Source: Candidatus Latescibacterota bacterium (lineage in GTDB: Bacteria > Latescibacterota > UBA2968). Taken from it: a DNA stretch of 19,841 bases. The stretch's first letter is position 1. Each line of letters starts with the position of its first letter. The notes below the pieces were generated by a model, which was not told where the DNA came from, searched no databases, and was given only the letters and a program-made list of their open reading frames with translations. Location: positions 27,784 to 47,624 of the forward strand of contig JAYODI010000036.1 of NCBI GenBank assembly GCA_038279365.1, given 5' to 3'. Made by a program: the position numbers and the translations under genes. Below, piece after piece: positions 1 to 7,380 of the stretch.

Positions 1-1319
1 CCCCCCCCCTCAAATGCCGGTCCAGCCGGGCAAGAAGCCGTAACCAACCGATCACGGTTACCCAAAACCACCTCAGTATTGGTGCCCACATCCACCACCA
101 TCACCATCTCATCTTGCGATCCAATATCCAATGCCACCAAATCGGCCGCCACATCTCCACCGACATGGCTGGCAATAATAGGCAGACCATACACCTTGGC
201 TTTGGGGTTTACCCGAATACCCACCCGACGACTGCTTTGATAAATGGCCGTTGTGTCTCGCTCACCTGCCAAAAACGCATGTTCAATGGTTGACTTATAA
301 GGCTTTTGTCCGATGCCTTGTACATTGAGCCGAAACAACAAATCGCGCATGGTCGCATTGCCAGCCACCACAATCTCATAGATCTCTTGGCGCACAAAAC
401 CCAGCGATTCGCCCAAAGACACAATCTCGGCATTGATCGCATGAATCAACGCCTTCCACAACTCATTGGGATGGTCCCCATCAAAAGAAATACGATACAT
501 CACATCGCTGCCACCAAAGCGTTGTGGATTTTCAAAAGACCGAATGGCCACACTTTTACCTGTTTCAAAATCCACCAAATCCATCACCACTGTTGTGGTG
601 CCCACATCAATAGCCAAACCATACAGATGCCCTCGAAAACGATCTACTTCTTCACCATCATACAAAACCCGCTCGCCATCTCTTGTGACAAACGGGTCCA
701 TCGCAATCACTTTTTCTCGGCCCAAAGTCAAAATCTTGGGGCGACGCCGAAGCGGAGAAAATACAACATGTGCATCCACATCCACCACTTCGGCCTGACA
801 GGCCAACCGATAAGGATCTTTGAGAAATGATTCGGCCTCGGTGCGCGTGCACAAAGCATCCATACCATCTTGCACATCAACAATACATTCGTGGCAAATA
901 CTCGACCGAAAGCACGATGTGGGCACCTGCACCTGCAAATCGTCGGCATAATCAAAAACCGTTTTGCCACGCACAAGATTTTGTGTATGACCGCCATGAC
1001 AAATTGTGCCACTGCCAGTTTGCTCCCGATCCTTCTTTTGCTTCCGAAGCTTCTCTTTTACACCCACATAAGCTTCAGGCTCTGTCTCCCACGCGCTGCG
1101 ATAATCCAACTGATCATCACTTGCACACTGAAAAAGTGTTTCACCTTCATCAGGTTTTCTTTGATATTTGCACCCAAACTTTGCCGTACAGGCATTGTCA
1201 CGGTTTTTATAAGGACAGCGCACCAATGCCTGTTTGTCGGCATGTTGTACGATATCACCCAAAATTTGTGACATGCGATCCAACCGCTCTTGATATGCTT
1301 TAGGATCTATCTTTTTCAT
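1..1319 (-). CDS. RACo/ASKHA-domain ATP-dependent reductive activator of corrinoid protein with 2Fe-2S ferredoxin domain; 3' end runs off the window
   Basis: Hand translation from ATG 1319 (GAGGGTG RBS upstream) is open to the window edge. It reads MKKIDPKAYQERLDR..., then TSCFRSSICHEC...RLACQA (Cx5Cx2Cx28C), then GLAIDVGTTT, NPQRFGGSDVMYRI, VAGNATMRD, SHVGGD, VDVGTNTEV and ASCPAGPAFEGG, all typical of RACo. It is absent from the ORF track because there is no stop codon in the window. Confidence 0.93.
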   Translation of the reverse strand, partial: MKKIDPKAYQERLDRMSQILGDIVQHADKQALVRCPYKNRDNACTAKFGCKYQRKPDEGETLFQCASDDQLDYRSAWETEPEAYVGVKEKLRKQKKDREQTGSGTICHGGHTQNLVRGKTVFDYADDLQVQVPTSCFRSSICHECIVDVQDGMDALCTRTEAESFLKDPYRLACQAEVVDVDAHVVFSPLRRRPKILTLGREKVIAMDPFVTRDGERVLYDGEEVDRFRGHLYGLAIDVGTTTVVMDLVDFETGKSVAIRSFENPQRFGGSDVMYRISFDGDHPNELWKALIHAINAEIVSLGESLGFVRQEIYEIVVAGNATMRDLLFRLNVQGIGQKPYKSTIEHAFLAGERDTTAIYQSSRRVGIRVNPKAKVYGLPIIASHVGGDVAADLVALDIGSQDEMVMVVDVGTNTEVVLGNRDRLVTASCPAGPAFEGG

Positions 1320-1399
1320 CACACCCTCACAAACAAATGTATTCGCACTACCCAAACATCTGTTGATTACCCCCACCCCAAAAACAGAATAACACTGTT

Positions 1400-2161
1400 T
1401 TATGCACTTTCTGCTTTTAATTCTGCCAACAGTTTTTTGGCCAATTCTACACAATCCAATGCATTTTCACCATACCCATCGGCCCCCATATCATCGGCAA
1501 ACTCTTGTGTCACTGGCGCACCGCCCACCATAATCTTCACATCATCTCGCAAGTCTTCATCAATAAATGCTTCTATCGTCTTGCCCATATTGGGCATGGT
1601 GGTCGTCAGCAAAGCCGACATCCCCACCAAGTGGGCATCGTGTTCTTCAACGGCTTCGATAAATTCGTCATCTGAAGTATCCACACCCAAATCGTGCACC
1701 ACAAAACCCGCACCGCGCAACATCATAATGCACAAATTTTTCCCAATATCATGCAAATCACCCTTCACAGTTCCCATAATCACTGTCCCAATCGGCTCCA
1801 CACCCGCATCAGATAAAATCGGCTCAATATGTGCCATACCCGCTTTCATGGCACGCGCGCAAGCCAACACTTCGGGCACAAAAATAAAATTCTCACGAAA
1901 TTTGATGCCCACAATACCCATACCCGCAATGAGACCATCATCCATAATCTCTAACGCTTCTACACCTGCATCCAATGCTTCTTTCGTCAAACGATCCACT
2001 TCTTCATGTGCACCATCAATGAGCGCGGCTGCAACAGCTTGCATCTGAGGATGCACCCGTGCAAACAACTCGATATTGCGTTCTCTTTCTTCAGGACGCT
2101 CCAAAAATTCTTCAATTTCACTGCGAATAAACTCATTTTCAACATCTGACAACGCTGCCAT
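1400..2161 (-). CDS. Corrinoid (B12-binding) protein, MtbC/MttC/MetH-cap-like
   Basis: B12-binding motif GTVKGDLHDIGKN...MSALLTT...VGGAP and cap-domain motif GM..VG.KF....FVPEVL. Start placed at ATG 2161 after a GGAG RBS. Confidence 0.95.
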   Translation of the reverse strand: MAALSDVENEFIRSEIEEFLERPEERERNIELFARVHPQMQAVAAALIDGAHEEVDRLTKEALDAGVEALEIMDDGLIAGMGIVGIKFRENFIFVPEVLACARAMKAGMAHIEPILSDAGVEPIGTVIMGTVKGDLHDIGKNLCIMMLRGAGFVVHDLGVDTSDDEFIEAVEEHDAHLVGMSALLTTTMPNMGKTIEAFIDEDLRDDVKIMVGGAPVTQEFADDMGADGYGENALDCVELAKKLLAELKAESA

Positions 2162-2285
2162 TCTCACTCCATGTTTATCTAAAATTTTATATTCCTAAAA
2201 AGCAGATCTCGCACAAGTCCATCATAGCATTACAAAATCCACCAGACCACAGCAAGTGAAATACCACATCATTTTACAATAAAAT

Positions 2286-3329
2286 TTATGCAACCCGCGC
2301 ATTGTGCCATTCTTTAACCGCATCGGGAATGGCTTTTAAGTTTTCAATAGAAGTTTGCAACGGAATTGCACATTCTGGCCCCACCAAATGTACACCTGCT
2401 TCCAAATTTTTTATCACTTCTTTTTTAACCGCATCGGGTTGCTTTGAAAAAAGCGTTTCGGGGTTGTTGATATTGCCCACCAAAGAAATCCGTTCTTTCA
2501 TAATATGAATCGACTCATTGGGGTCGTTCTTCGAATCGTAGTGAAAGGCCGCCATACCCGTTTGGGCAATATATTCCATGCGATCGACCGTACGCCCACA
2601 AATATGTAAAATGATGGGAATGGGAATACGCTCGGCAAATTCAATGTGCAAATCGCGCAAATAACGTTCGTAATAATCACCACTCACCAGATCACCCGTT
2701 GCATGATCGGGCAAGGTCACCGCATCGGCACCGGCTTCTAATTGCGCCACACCAAAATCAACCGTCACATTTTTCAACTTGTCCAATATCTGCCGTGTCT
2801 GGTCGGGGTCATCCAACGACATCAACAAAAAATCTTCCACACCAAAACAATGATACGCCAATGACCACGGCCCCATTGTTTTGCCAATAATCGCCACCTC
2901 GTTGCCATATTCTTTTTTTAATATTTTGATGGCATCCAACACACACTTTGTATCAGGGTGTGTCAGTAAGTTTTTAGGAATTTGAATGTCATCTGCTTTG
3001 CGCCAAATGGGTTCCTTCATCTTCACTGTAGGCCAATTGTCTTTTTGCTCCCACTGAATTTTGCACCCCAATGCCGATGACTCTTGAATAATGGTAAATA
3101 CCGGCATAATGGTATCAAAACCCAGCTCTGTATATCCCGTAGCCGCCAAACGCGCCATCAACTCTGGCTTGCGATTGGCCTCAGGGAAATACGCATCCAC
3201 CAAATCCATCAACTCCACAGTCGCAATAGATGTAGGGTTACAGGTGGGCGTGCGATCTACAGGTTCGCGTTTGAGTGCCGCCAACACACGTTGCCGTGGC
3301 GTCATTGGCCCAACCGTTTGGGTCACCAT
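2286..3329 (-). CDS. MtaA/CmuA-family methyltransferase (URO-D fold)
   Basis: MTPRQRVLAALKREPVDR N-terminus, GPWSLA, Zn-ligand-like LHICG and GPECAIP, and VGNINN. Adjacent to the corrinoid protein gene. ATG 3329 follows a GGAG RBS. Confidence 0.9.
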   Translation of the reverse strand: MVTQTVGPMTPRQRVLAALKREPVDRTPTCNPTSIATVELMDLVDAYFPEANRKPELMARLAATGYTELGFDTIMPVFTIIQESSALGCKIQWEQKDNWPTVKMKEPIWRKADDIQIPKNLLTHPDTKCVLDAIKILKKEYGNEVAIIGKTMGPWSLAYHCFGVEDFLLMSLDDPDQTRQILDKLKNVTVDFGVAQLEAGADAVTLPDHATGDLVSGDYYERYLRDLHIEFAERIPIPIILHICGRTVDRMEYIAQTGMAAFHYDSKNDPNESIHIMKERISLVGNINNPETLFSKQPDAVKKEVIKNLEAGVHLVGPECAIPLQTSIENLKAIPDAVKEWHNARVA

Positions 3330-3372
3330 AATCTTCTCCAAATTTCTCTATATAAATAAAACCAAAAGTCAT

Positions 3373-4008
3373 TTAATTTTGTGCACTCGGTGCAGACAAT
3401 ACACCGCGTGATGCCGATTGTTCAATTTCTCTCAAAATGGATCGCACATTGGGCGCACGCACCAACAACAAACCAACCAAAGCATCGTGGGCTTGCCCAC
3501 AGTCAAAAGCTACCTGATCATCTACCCCCTCAACAGGCGTCATTTCACCCAACTTGCCCAACCCACCTGTCACAACCCGAATGCGGCGTTCAAAACCATG
3601 ACCCTCTTCTTCAACCGCAATATGGTATTTCCCCCCGCCCAAAGAGGTAGCAACCATTGTCAAATCCGATTTTCTATCCAAAAGCGTTAAGGGTTGGGGC
3701 ACAATATCCACATCCATACCCAATTTACACGCTTCCAAAAACACACGCCTCACAGCCAATACATGTGCCTGCCCACAAGGAAACCGCAAAAGTCCTTCGG
3801 GCGTTTCTTCCAGACCACCCAATATTTGCATGGCGCGTTTTACAAAATCGATGCGCCCCTGCGCCCCCTCTTTGATACTGTATGTATGCACCAAAAAACC
3901 AACACCCAAACCCAACGCCTGCTGGTATAACCCTATGGTAATATCTTGAAAGTGCCCATCCATAGGCACCAACTCAATGCGACGACCAATTTCCAATGTT
4001 TGTCCCAT
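3373..4008 (-). CDS. Uncharacterised protein with duplicated FxCGQAH motif
   Basis: 211 aa ORF from ATG 4008 (AAGGG RBS-like). It is co-oriented with, and ends 43 bp before, the methyltransferase gene. Motifs FPCGQAH and FDCGQAH. Confidence 0.8.
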   Translation of the reverse strand: MGQTLEIGRRIELVPMDGHFQDITIGLYQQALGLGVGFLVHTYSIKEGAQGRIDFVKRAMQILGGLEETPEGLLRFPCGQAHVLAVRRVFLEACKLGMDVDIVPQPLTLLDRKSDLTMVATSLGGGKYHIAVEEEGHGFERRIRVVTGGLGKLGEMTPVEGVDDQVAFDCGQAHDALVGLLLVRAPNVRSILREIEQSASRGVLSAPSAQN

Positions 4009-4055
4009 ATAACAACCCTTGTCACAAAAACACCAACACCCAAGTTCTGAATAAA

Positions 4056-4084
4056 AGCTTACCTCATAACATATCTTTTGTAAA
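4056..4084 (-). promoter_or_regulatory. Candidate sigma70-type promoter for the corrinoid gene cluster
   Basis: The - strand reads TTTACA-N17-TAAGCT, ending about 47 bp upstream of ATG 4008. Confidence 0.45.
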
Positions 4085-4093
4085 GATTGGCAG

Positions 4094-4957
4094 CTATACG
4101 TCCAAAACAAATTTTCTCACTGCAGAAGCAAAACCATCTTCTTCCACAGATGTTGTTGTATGCAAACCCAAACGCACACCTTCCGCTTTTGTTGCTTCAT
4201 CGGCATTGCCCATCAGCACACCCGTTCCTGCCGCTTGGAGCATAGGCAAATCGTTGTTGCCATCACCAATGGCCATCACCTCATCCATAGACACACCCGC
4301 ATAATCGGCAATCGCCTTTAAGGCCACCGACTTATTCACCTGCGGGTGCATCAATTCAATACGCCCTGCCACCGCCCAAGCCATATAAACGCGATCTCCA
4401 AAAACACGATCTAAATCGTCTAATGTTTGATCTAAATGTTCAGGGTCTGGCAAAATCATCACCTTAGGTGGAATGCCCAAATTGCCCGAGCGCATGCGAT
4501 CTAACAAACCTGCATCGACTTCATAAGTCATATCCGTCATTGCAGCAACGGCGCGCCCCATTTCGGTTTCGCGATCGGTAATATAAACCTCAGAAATTTC
4601 ATCCCCATCCAAATCGCATCGGCAATACACAAAGTTCATATTACGATCTGCCAAAAATTGAATCAAATCATCAAACACATCTGCCGTCAAACGTTGTTCA
4701 TACATCATTTCACGCCGACCATTCACACGCGGTGCAAATGCCAACGCCCCATTATAGCCCCCCACATAAAGCGCATCGGCCACTTTGGCATCTTCTATAA
4801 AAGGAATTTGATTGCGCTCAAAGTTGCGTCCACTAATAGACGCCACAAAAATACCTCTGTCTAACAACTCACGCACCACACCCCAAGAAACTTGGGATGG
4901 ATAATTGGATTTGTGCAACAACGTCCCATCCAAGTCAAACGCCACCAGTCGAATCAC
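4094..4957 (-). CDS. Cof-type HAD-IIB family hydrolase/phosphatase
   Basis: HAD motifs FDLDGT, SISGRN, VNKS and IGDGNNDLPML, plus GVLMGNA and EEDGFA. GTG 4957 follows a GGGAGG RBS. Confidence 0.92.
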   Translation of the reverse strand: MIRLVAFDLDGTLLHKSNYPSQVSWGVVRELLDRGIFVASISGRNFERNQIPFIEDAKVADALYVGGYNGALAFAPRVNGRREMMYEQRLTADVFDDLIQFLADRNMNFVYCRCDLDGDEISEVYITDRETEMGRAVAAMTDMTYEVDAGLLDRMRSGNLGIPPKVMILPDPEHLDQTLDDLDRVFGDRVYMAWAVAGRIELMHPQVNKSVALKAIADYAGVSMDEVMAIGDGNNDLPMLQAAGTGVLMGNADEATKAEGVRLGLHTTTSVEEDGFASAVRKFVLDV

Positions 4958-4980
4958 CCAAACCTCCCAATTTAAAAAAA

Positions 4981-5092
4981 GAATCAACGAATCAACACAC
5001 AGTCGTAGGCTACAACGAGCGTAGCAAGCCATCTACGAATAGGTTTTGATTCGTCCATTCGTCCATTCGTCCATTCGTCCATTCGTCCATTC
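4981..5092 (-). repeat. Dispersed repeat element, copy 1, with (ATTCGTCC)x5.5 tandem arm
   Basis: Perfect 8-mer tandem at 5049-5092. The core at 4988-5055 is the reverse complement of 19756-19823, with 61/68 identities by manual alignment. Confidence 0.92.
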
Positions 5093-5094
5093 AC

Positions 5095-6132
5095 TCAACT
5101 CACAATTGGCAAATGCACCACAGCACCACGCTCAACAGACCGAAAAACGGCTTCTGTAAACTCCATATACTTTACACCATCGTAAAAACTGGTATCCCCT
5201 TGTTTGCCACCCAAAATGGCATCTACAAAATCTTTTTCAACCGTCCATTCACGCGCTTCGTGATGGGGTATGGGAATCTCTGCCAACCCCTTATCACCCG
5301 CCTTAGCACCCAAAATCGTGTCACTGCCCAATTTATAAATAAGCGTGCCTTCACTGCCATAAGCTTCCACTTGTGGGTCAATACCAAAACGGGCCACAGC
5401 AGAAAATAAAAATGCCGCCGTAGCACCATTTTCCATTTGTCCCATAATGTTCACAGTGTCTGGGCGTTCAACAGGCGCAGTACCGTCACCATCCGCTCTC
5501 TGTTTGATAAATGTTTCTGCCTGAGCCGACAGGGTTTGCATATGCCCAAACCAACGATGCACAACTTCTACCACAATGCCCATATTCAGCGCGTTCAAAC
5601 CCGAATAACGCGATACATGACGCCAATGCAAAGGGCTATTGGGATCACTATTGACCGCACCAAATGACCGTGTGTACACATTGTAAATATCACCCAAATA
5701 CCCTTCACGGATCAATCGGCGCATAAACCAATCGCCTTTCATGCCCATCGGCGAAGGACAAATTTGCGTCACCAAACCCGTTTCTTTTGCTTTGGCATAC
5801 ATCAATTTGGCCTCACGCAAATTCATAGCCATACGCGCCTGAACAAAAGCATGTTTTCCAGCATCCAAAGCCTTCAGTACATATTCACAATGTTTGTATG
5901 GCCACGTACCAATCATCACCGCATCAATATCTTCACGCGCAACCAAGGCATCGGCATCGGTCATCAAATCGGGTTTGAGACCAAATTCATCGGCTATTTT
6001 GCGTCCACTTTCTTCGCTGCGGTTACAAATAGCCACCACCTCGGCATTGTCTACTTTGGCCAACCCAGGAAAATGCCTGCTGCGAAAAATACCACCCGCA
6101 CCAATCACCCCAATACGCACCTTGTCTGCCAT
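5095..6132 (-). CDS. Gfo/Idh/MocA family NAD(P)-dependent oxidoreductase
   Basis: VRIGVIGAGG Rossmann motif, IDAVMIGTWPYKH, ALDAGKHAFVQARMA and YGSEGTL. ATG 6132 follows GGAGG. Confidence 0.92.
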   Translation of the reverse strand: MADKVRIGVIGAGGIFRSRHFPGLAKVDNAEVVAICNRSEESGRKIADEFGLKPDLMTDADALVAREDIDAVMIGTWPYKHCEYVLKALDAGKHAFVQARMAMNLREAKLMYAKAKETGLVTQICPSPMGMKGDWFMRRLIREGYLGDIYNVYTRSFGAVNSDPNSPLHWRHVSRYSGLNALNMGIVVEVVHRWFGHMQTLSAQAETFIKQRADGDGTAPVERPDTVNIMGQMENGATAAFLFSAVARFGIDPQVEAYGSEGTLIYKLGSDTILGAKAGDKGLAEIPIPHHEAREWTVEKDFVDAILGGKQGDTSFYDGVKYMEFTEAVFRSVERGAVVHLPIVS

Positions 6133-6220
6133 CACAACCTCCAAACATTTCGTTTTATTGATCTCCAAGAACAGATGATGTGCATGATAACACCCCAATC
6201 CATATCGCGCAAGTACACAT

Positions 6221-6257
6221 AAAAAAGCGGGCCGAACAATATATTCGCCCCGCTTTT
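6221..6257 (-). terminator. Rho-independent terminator
   Basis: The - strand reads AAAAGCGGGGCGAA-TATATTG-TTCGGCCCGC-TTTTTT (one mismatch in the stem), 17 bp after the stop at 6275. Confidence 0.75.
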
Positions 6258-6274
6258 GATTCATTTTTTCAATC

Positions 6275-7270
6275 CTATGGATTTGTCAAATCGTCGTACC
6301 CACTTAAATGATATGAATATCCCAAATAATCCAACAAATTACACAAAGATCGCAAGGCCACACCAAACCCATCCACACCACTAAACCCACCAAATTGCCC
6401 GCCACCTTTCACATGGGGTTCCAAATCAACAAACACACCTGGCACACCCAACTTTTTAAACTGTCGATCCAGCTTGGGCACCAAAGATTTAAAGTCACGC
6501 AAAACCATTTCATGCCCAGCATCACCTTGATCCACAGGAATAAATCGGGTTAAACCACGTTTTTGTGCCCGATTGAGCATGGCGCGATTGGCTGGTGCAT
6601 TAAAACCTTTGATATGAATCCAGCCCAACCCTGGTTTGGTCTTCAAATATTGGGCAAAAACACTTTCGGGGCTATGGCCTTTGTACTCCATATTGCCCAC
6701 ATCCATAATGATACAGGTATTGGGGTTGTTGATCCGCTTGTGCATCGCAATCAACGTTTCACCATCACCGCCGATCAAATCGGATTCTACTTCAGACCCA
6801 TAAATCACACCTTCTTTTGCGCACAATTCTACAATTTCTGCAAGTTGATCAGATGCCTGATCCAAATAATCCCAGGGATTAGAACCAGCAGGGTGATAAT
6901 AGCTAAAACCACGAATCAATTTGGTATCAAAAGCATGGGCCAACTCAATGGCGCGTTTGACTTCGGTGTCCAAATATTTTTTCAAAGGCACATATCGGTT
7001 TTGTGTGCCATCATCCACATCCAACAACTTCACTTTGCCCAATGGCGAACCAATGCTCGACACAGACATGCCATATTCTTTGTGTAATTTTTGTAACTTT
7101 TTTACTTCGGCTTTGGTCAACTGCATCACATTCTTAATCCCATTACCCAAATCAATAAACCGAATGGTGTAATAAGACAAACCCAATGCCCGCATCATCG
7201 TAAACTGCTCTTCAGCACGTTTACTGACTGGACCTTCATCTGCAAAACCCGAAAGTATCACATCAGCCAA
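6275..7270 (-). CDS. Sugar phosphate isomerase/epimerase (AP_endonuc_2 / xylose-isomerase-like TIM barrel)
   Basis: LSGFADE, IGSPLGK, IRGFSYY, and the metal-ligand set E(SEVE), D(MDVGN), H(IHIK), E(DLEPH). TTG 7270 follows GGAGG. Confidence 0.88.
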   Translation of the reverse strand: MADVILSGFADEGPVSKRAEEQFTMMRALGLSYYTIRFIDLGNGIKNVMQLTKAEVKKLQKLHKEYGMSVSSIGSPLGKVKLLDVDDGTQNRYVPLKKYLDTEVKRAIELAHAFDTKLIRGFSYYHPAGSNPWDYLDQASDQLAEIVELCAKEGVIYGSEVESDLIGGDGETLIAMHKRINNPNTCIIMDVGNMEYKGHSPESVFAQYLKTKPGLGWIHIKGFNAPANRAMLNRAQKRGLTRFIPVDQGDAGHEMVLRDFKSLVPKLDRQFKKLGVPGVFVDLEPHVKGGGQFGGFSGVDGFGVALRSLCNLLDYLGYSYHLSGYDDLTNP

Positions 7271-7292
7271 AACAACCTCCTTGAAAAACCAG

Positions 7293-7313
7293 TGAAATGG
7301 CAAACGGCAAACA
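7293..7313. repeat. Short 7-mer tandem repeat (GCAAACG family)
   Basis: TGAAATG GCAAACG GCAAACA; same unit as at 12186-12213 and the reverse complement of 11292-11312. Confidence 0.55.
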
Positions 7314-7380
7314 CACCACCTTTATGACGAGATAGACAAAATTTCCGTCACCTCGCATTTGCCCCTTACCTGTCTTTTAT

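Noticed and set aside
1..9. Poly-C run at the window start
   Set aside because: It corresponds to the GAG GGG GGG codons of the conserved AFEGG motif, and there is no evidence of phase variation.
209..1258. Several short - strand ORFs suggesting a fragmented pseudogene
   Set aside because: They are off-frame shadows. A single uninterrupted frame runs from ATG 1319 to the window edge and encodes RACo.
1290..2048. 252-aa + strand ORF, and other long antisense ORFs such as 11455-12057 and 7836-8432
   Set aside because: These are antisense to well-supported genes, have biased composition, and show no motifs.
2286..3329. Calling this gene hemE (uroporphyrinogen decarboxylase)
   Set aside because: It lacks the RQAGR motif, has HxC...C Zn ligands, and lies beside a corrinoid protein gene.
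1..4110. Pyrrolysine/selenocysteine read-through or a cobalamin riboswitch in the methyltransferase cluster
   Set aside because: No in-frame TAG/TGA interrupts these genes. The intergenic gaps are short (about 40-125 bp) and show no recognisable B12-box.
5049..5092. Tandem repeats as a possible CRISPR array
   Set aside because: The units are 8 bp with no spacers, and no cas genes are present.
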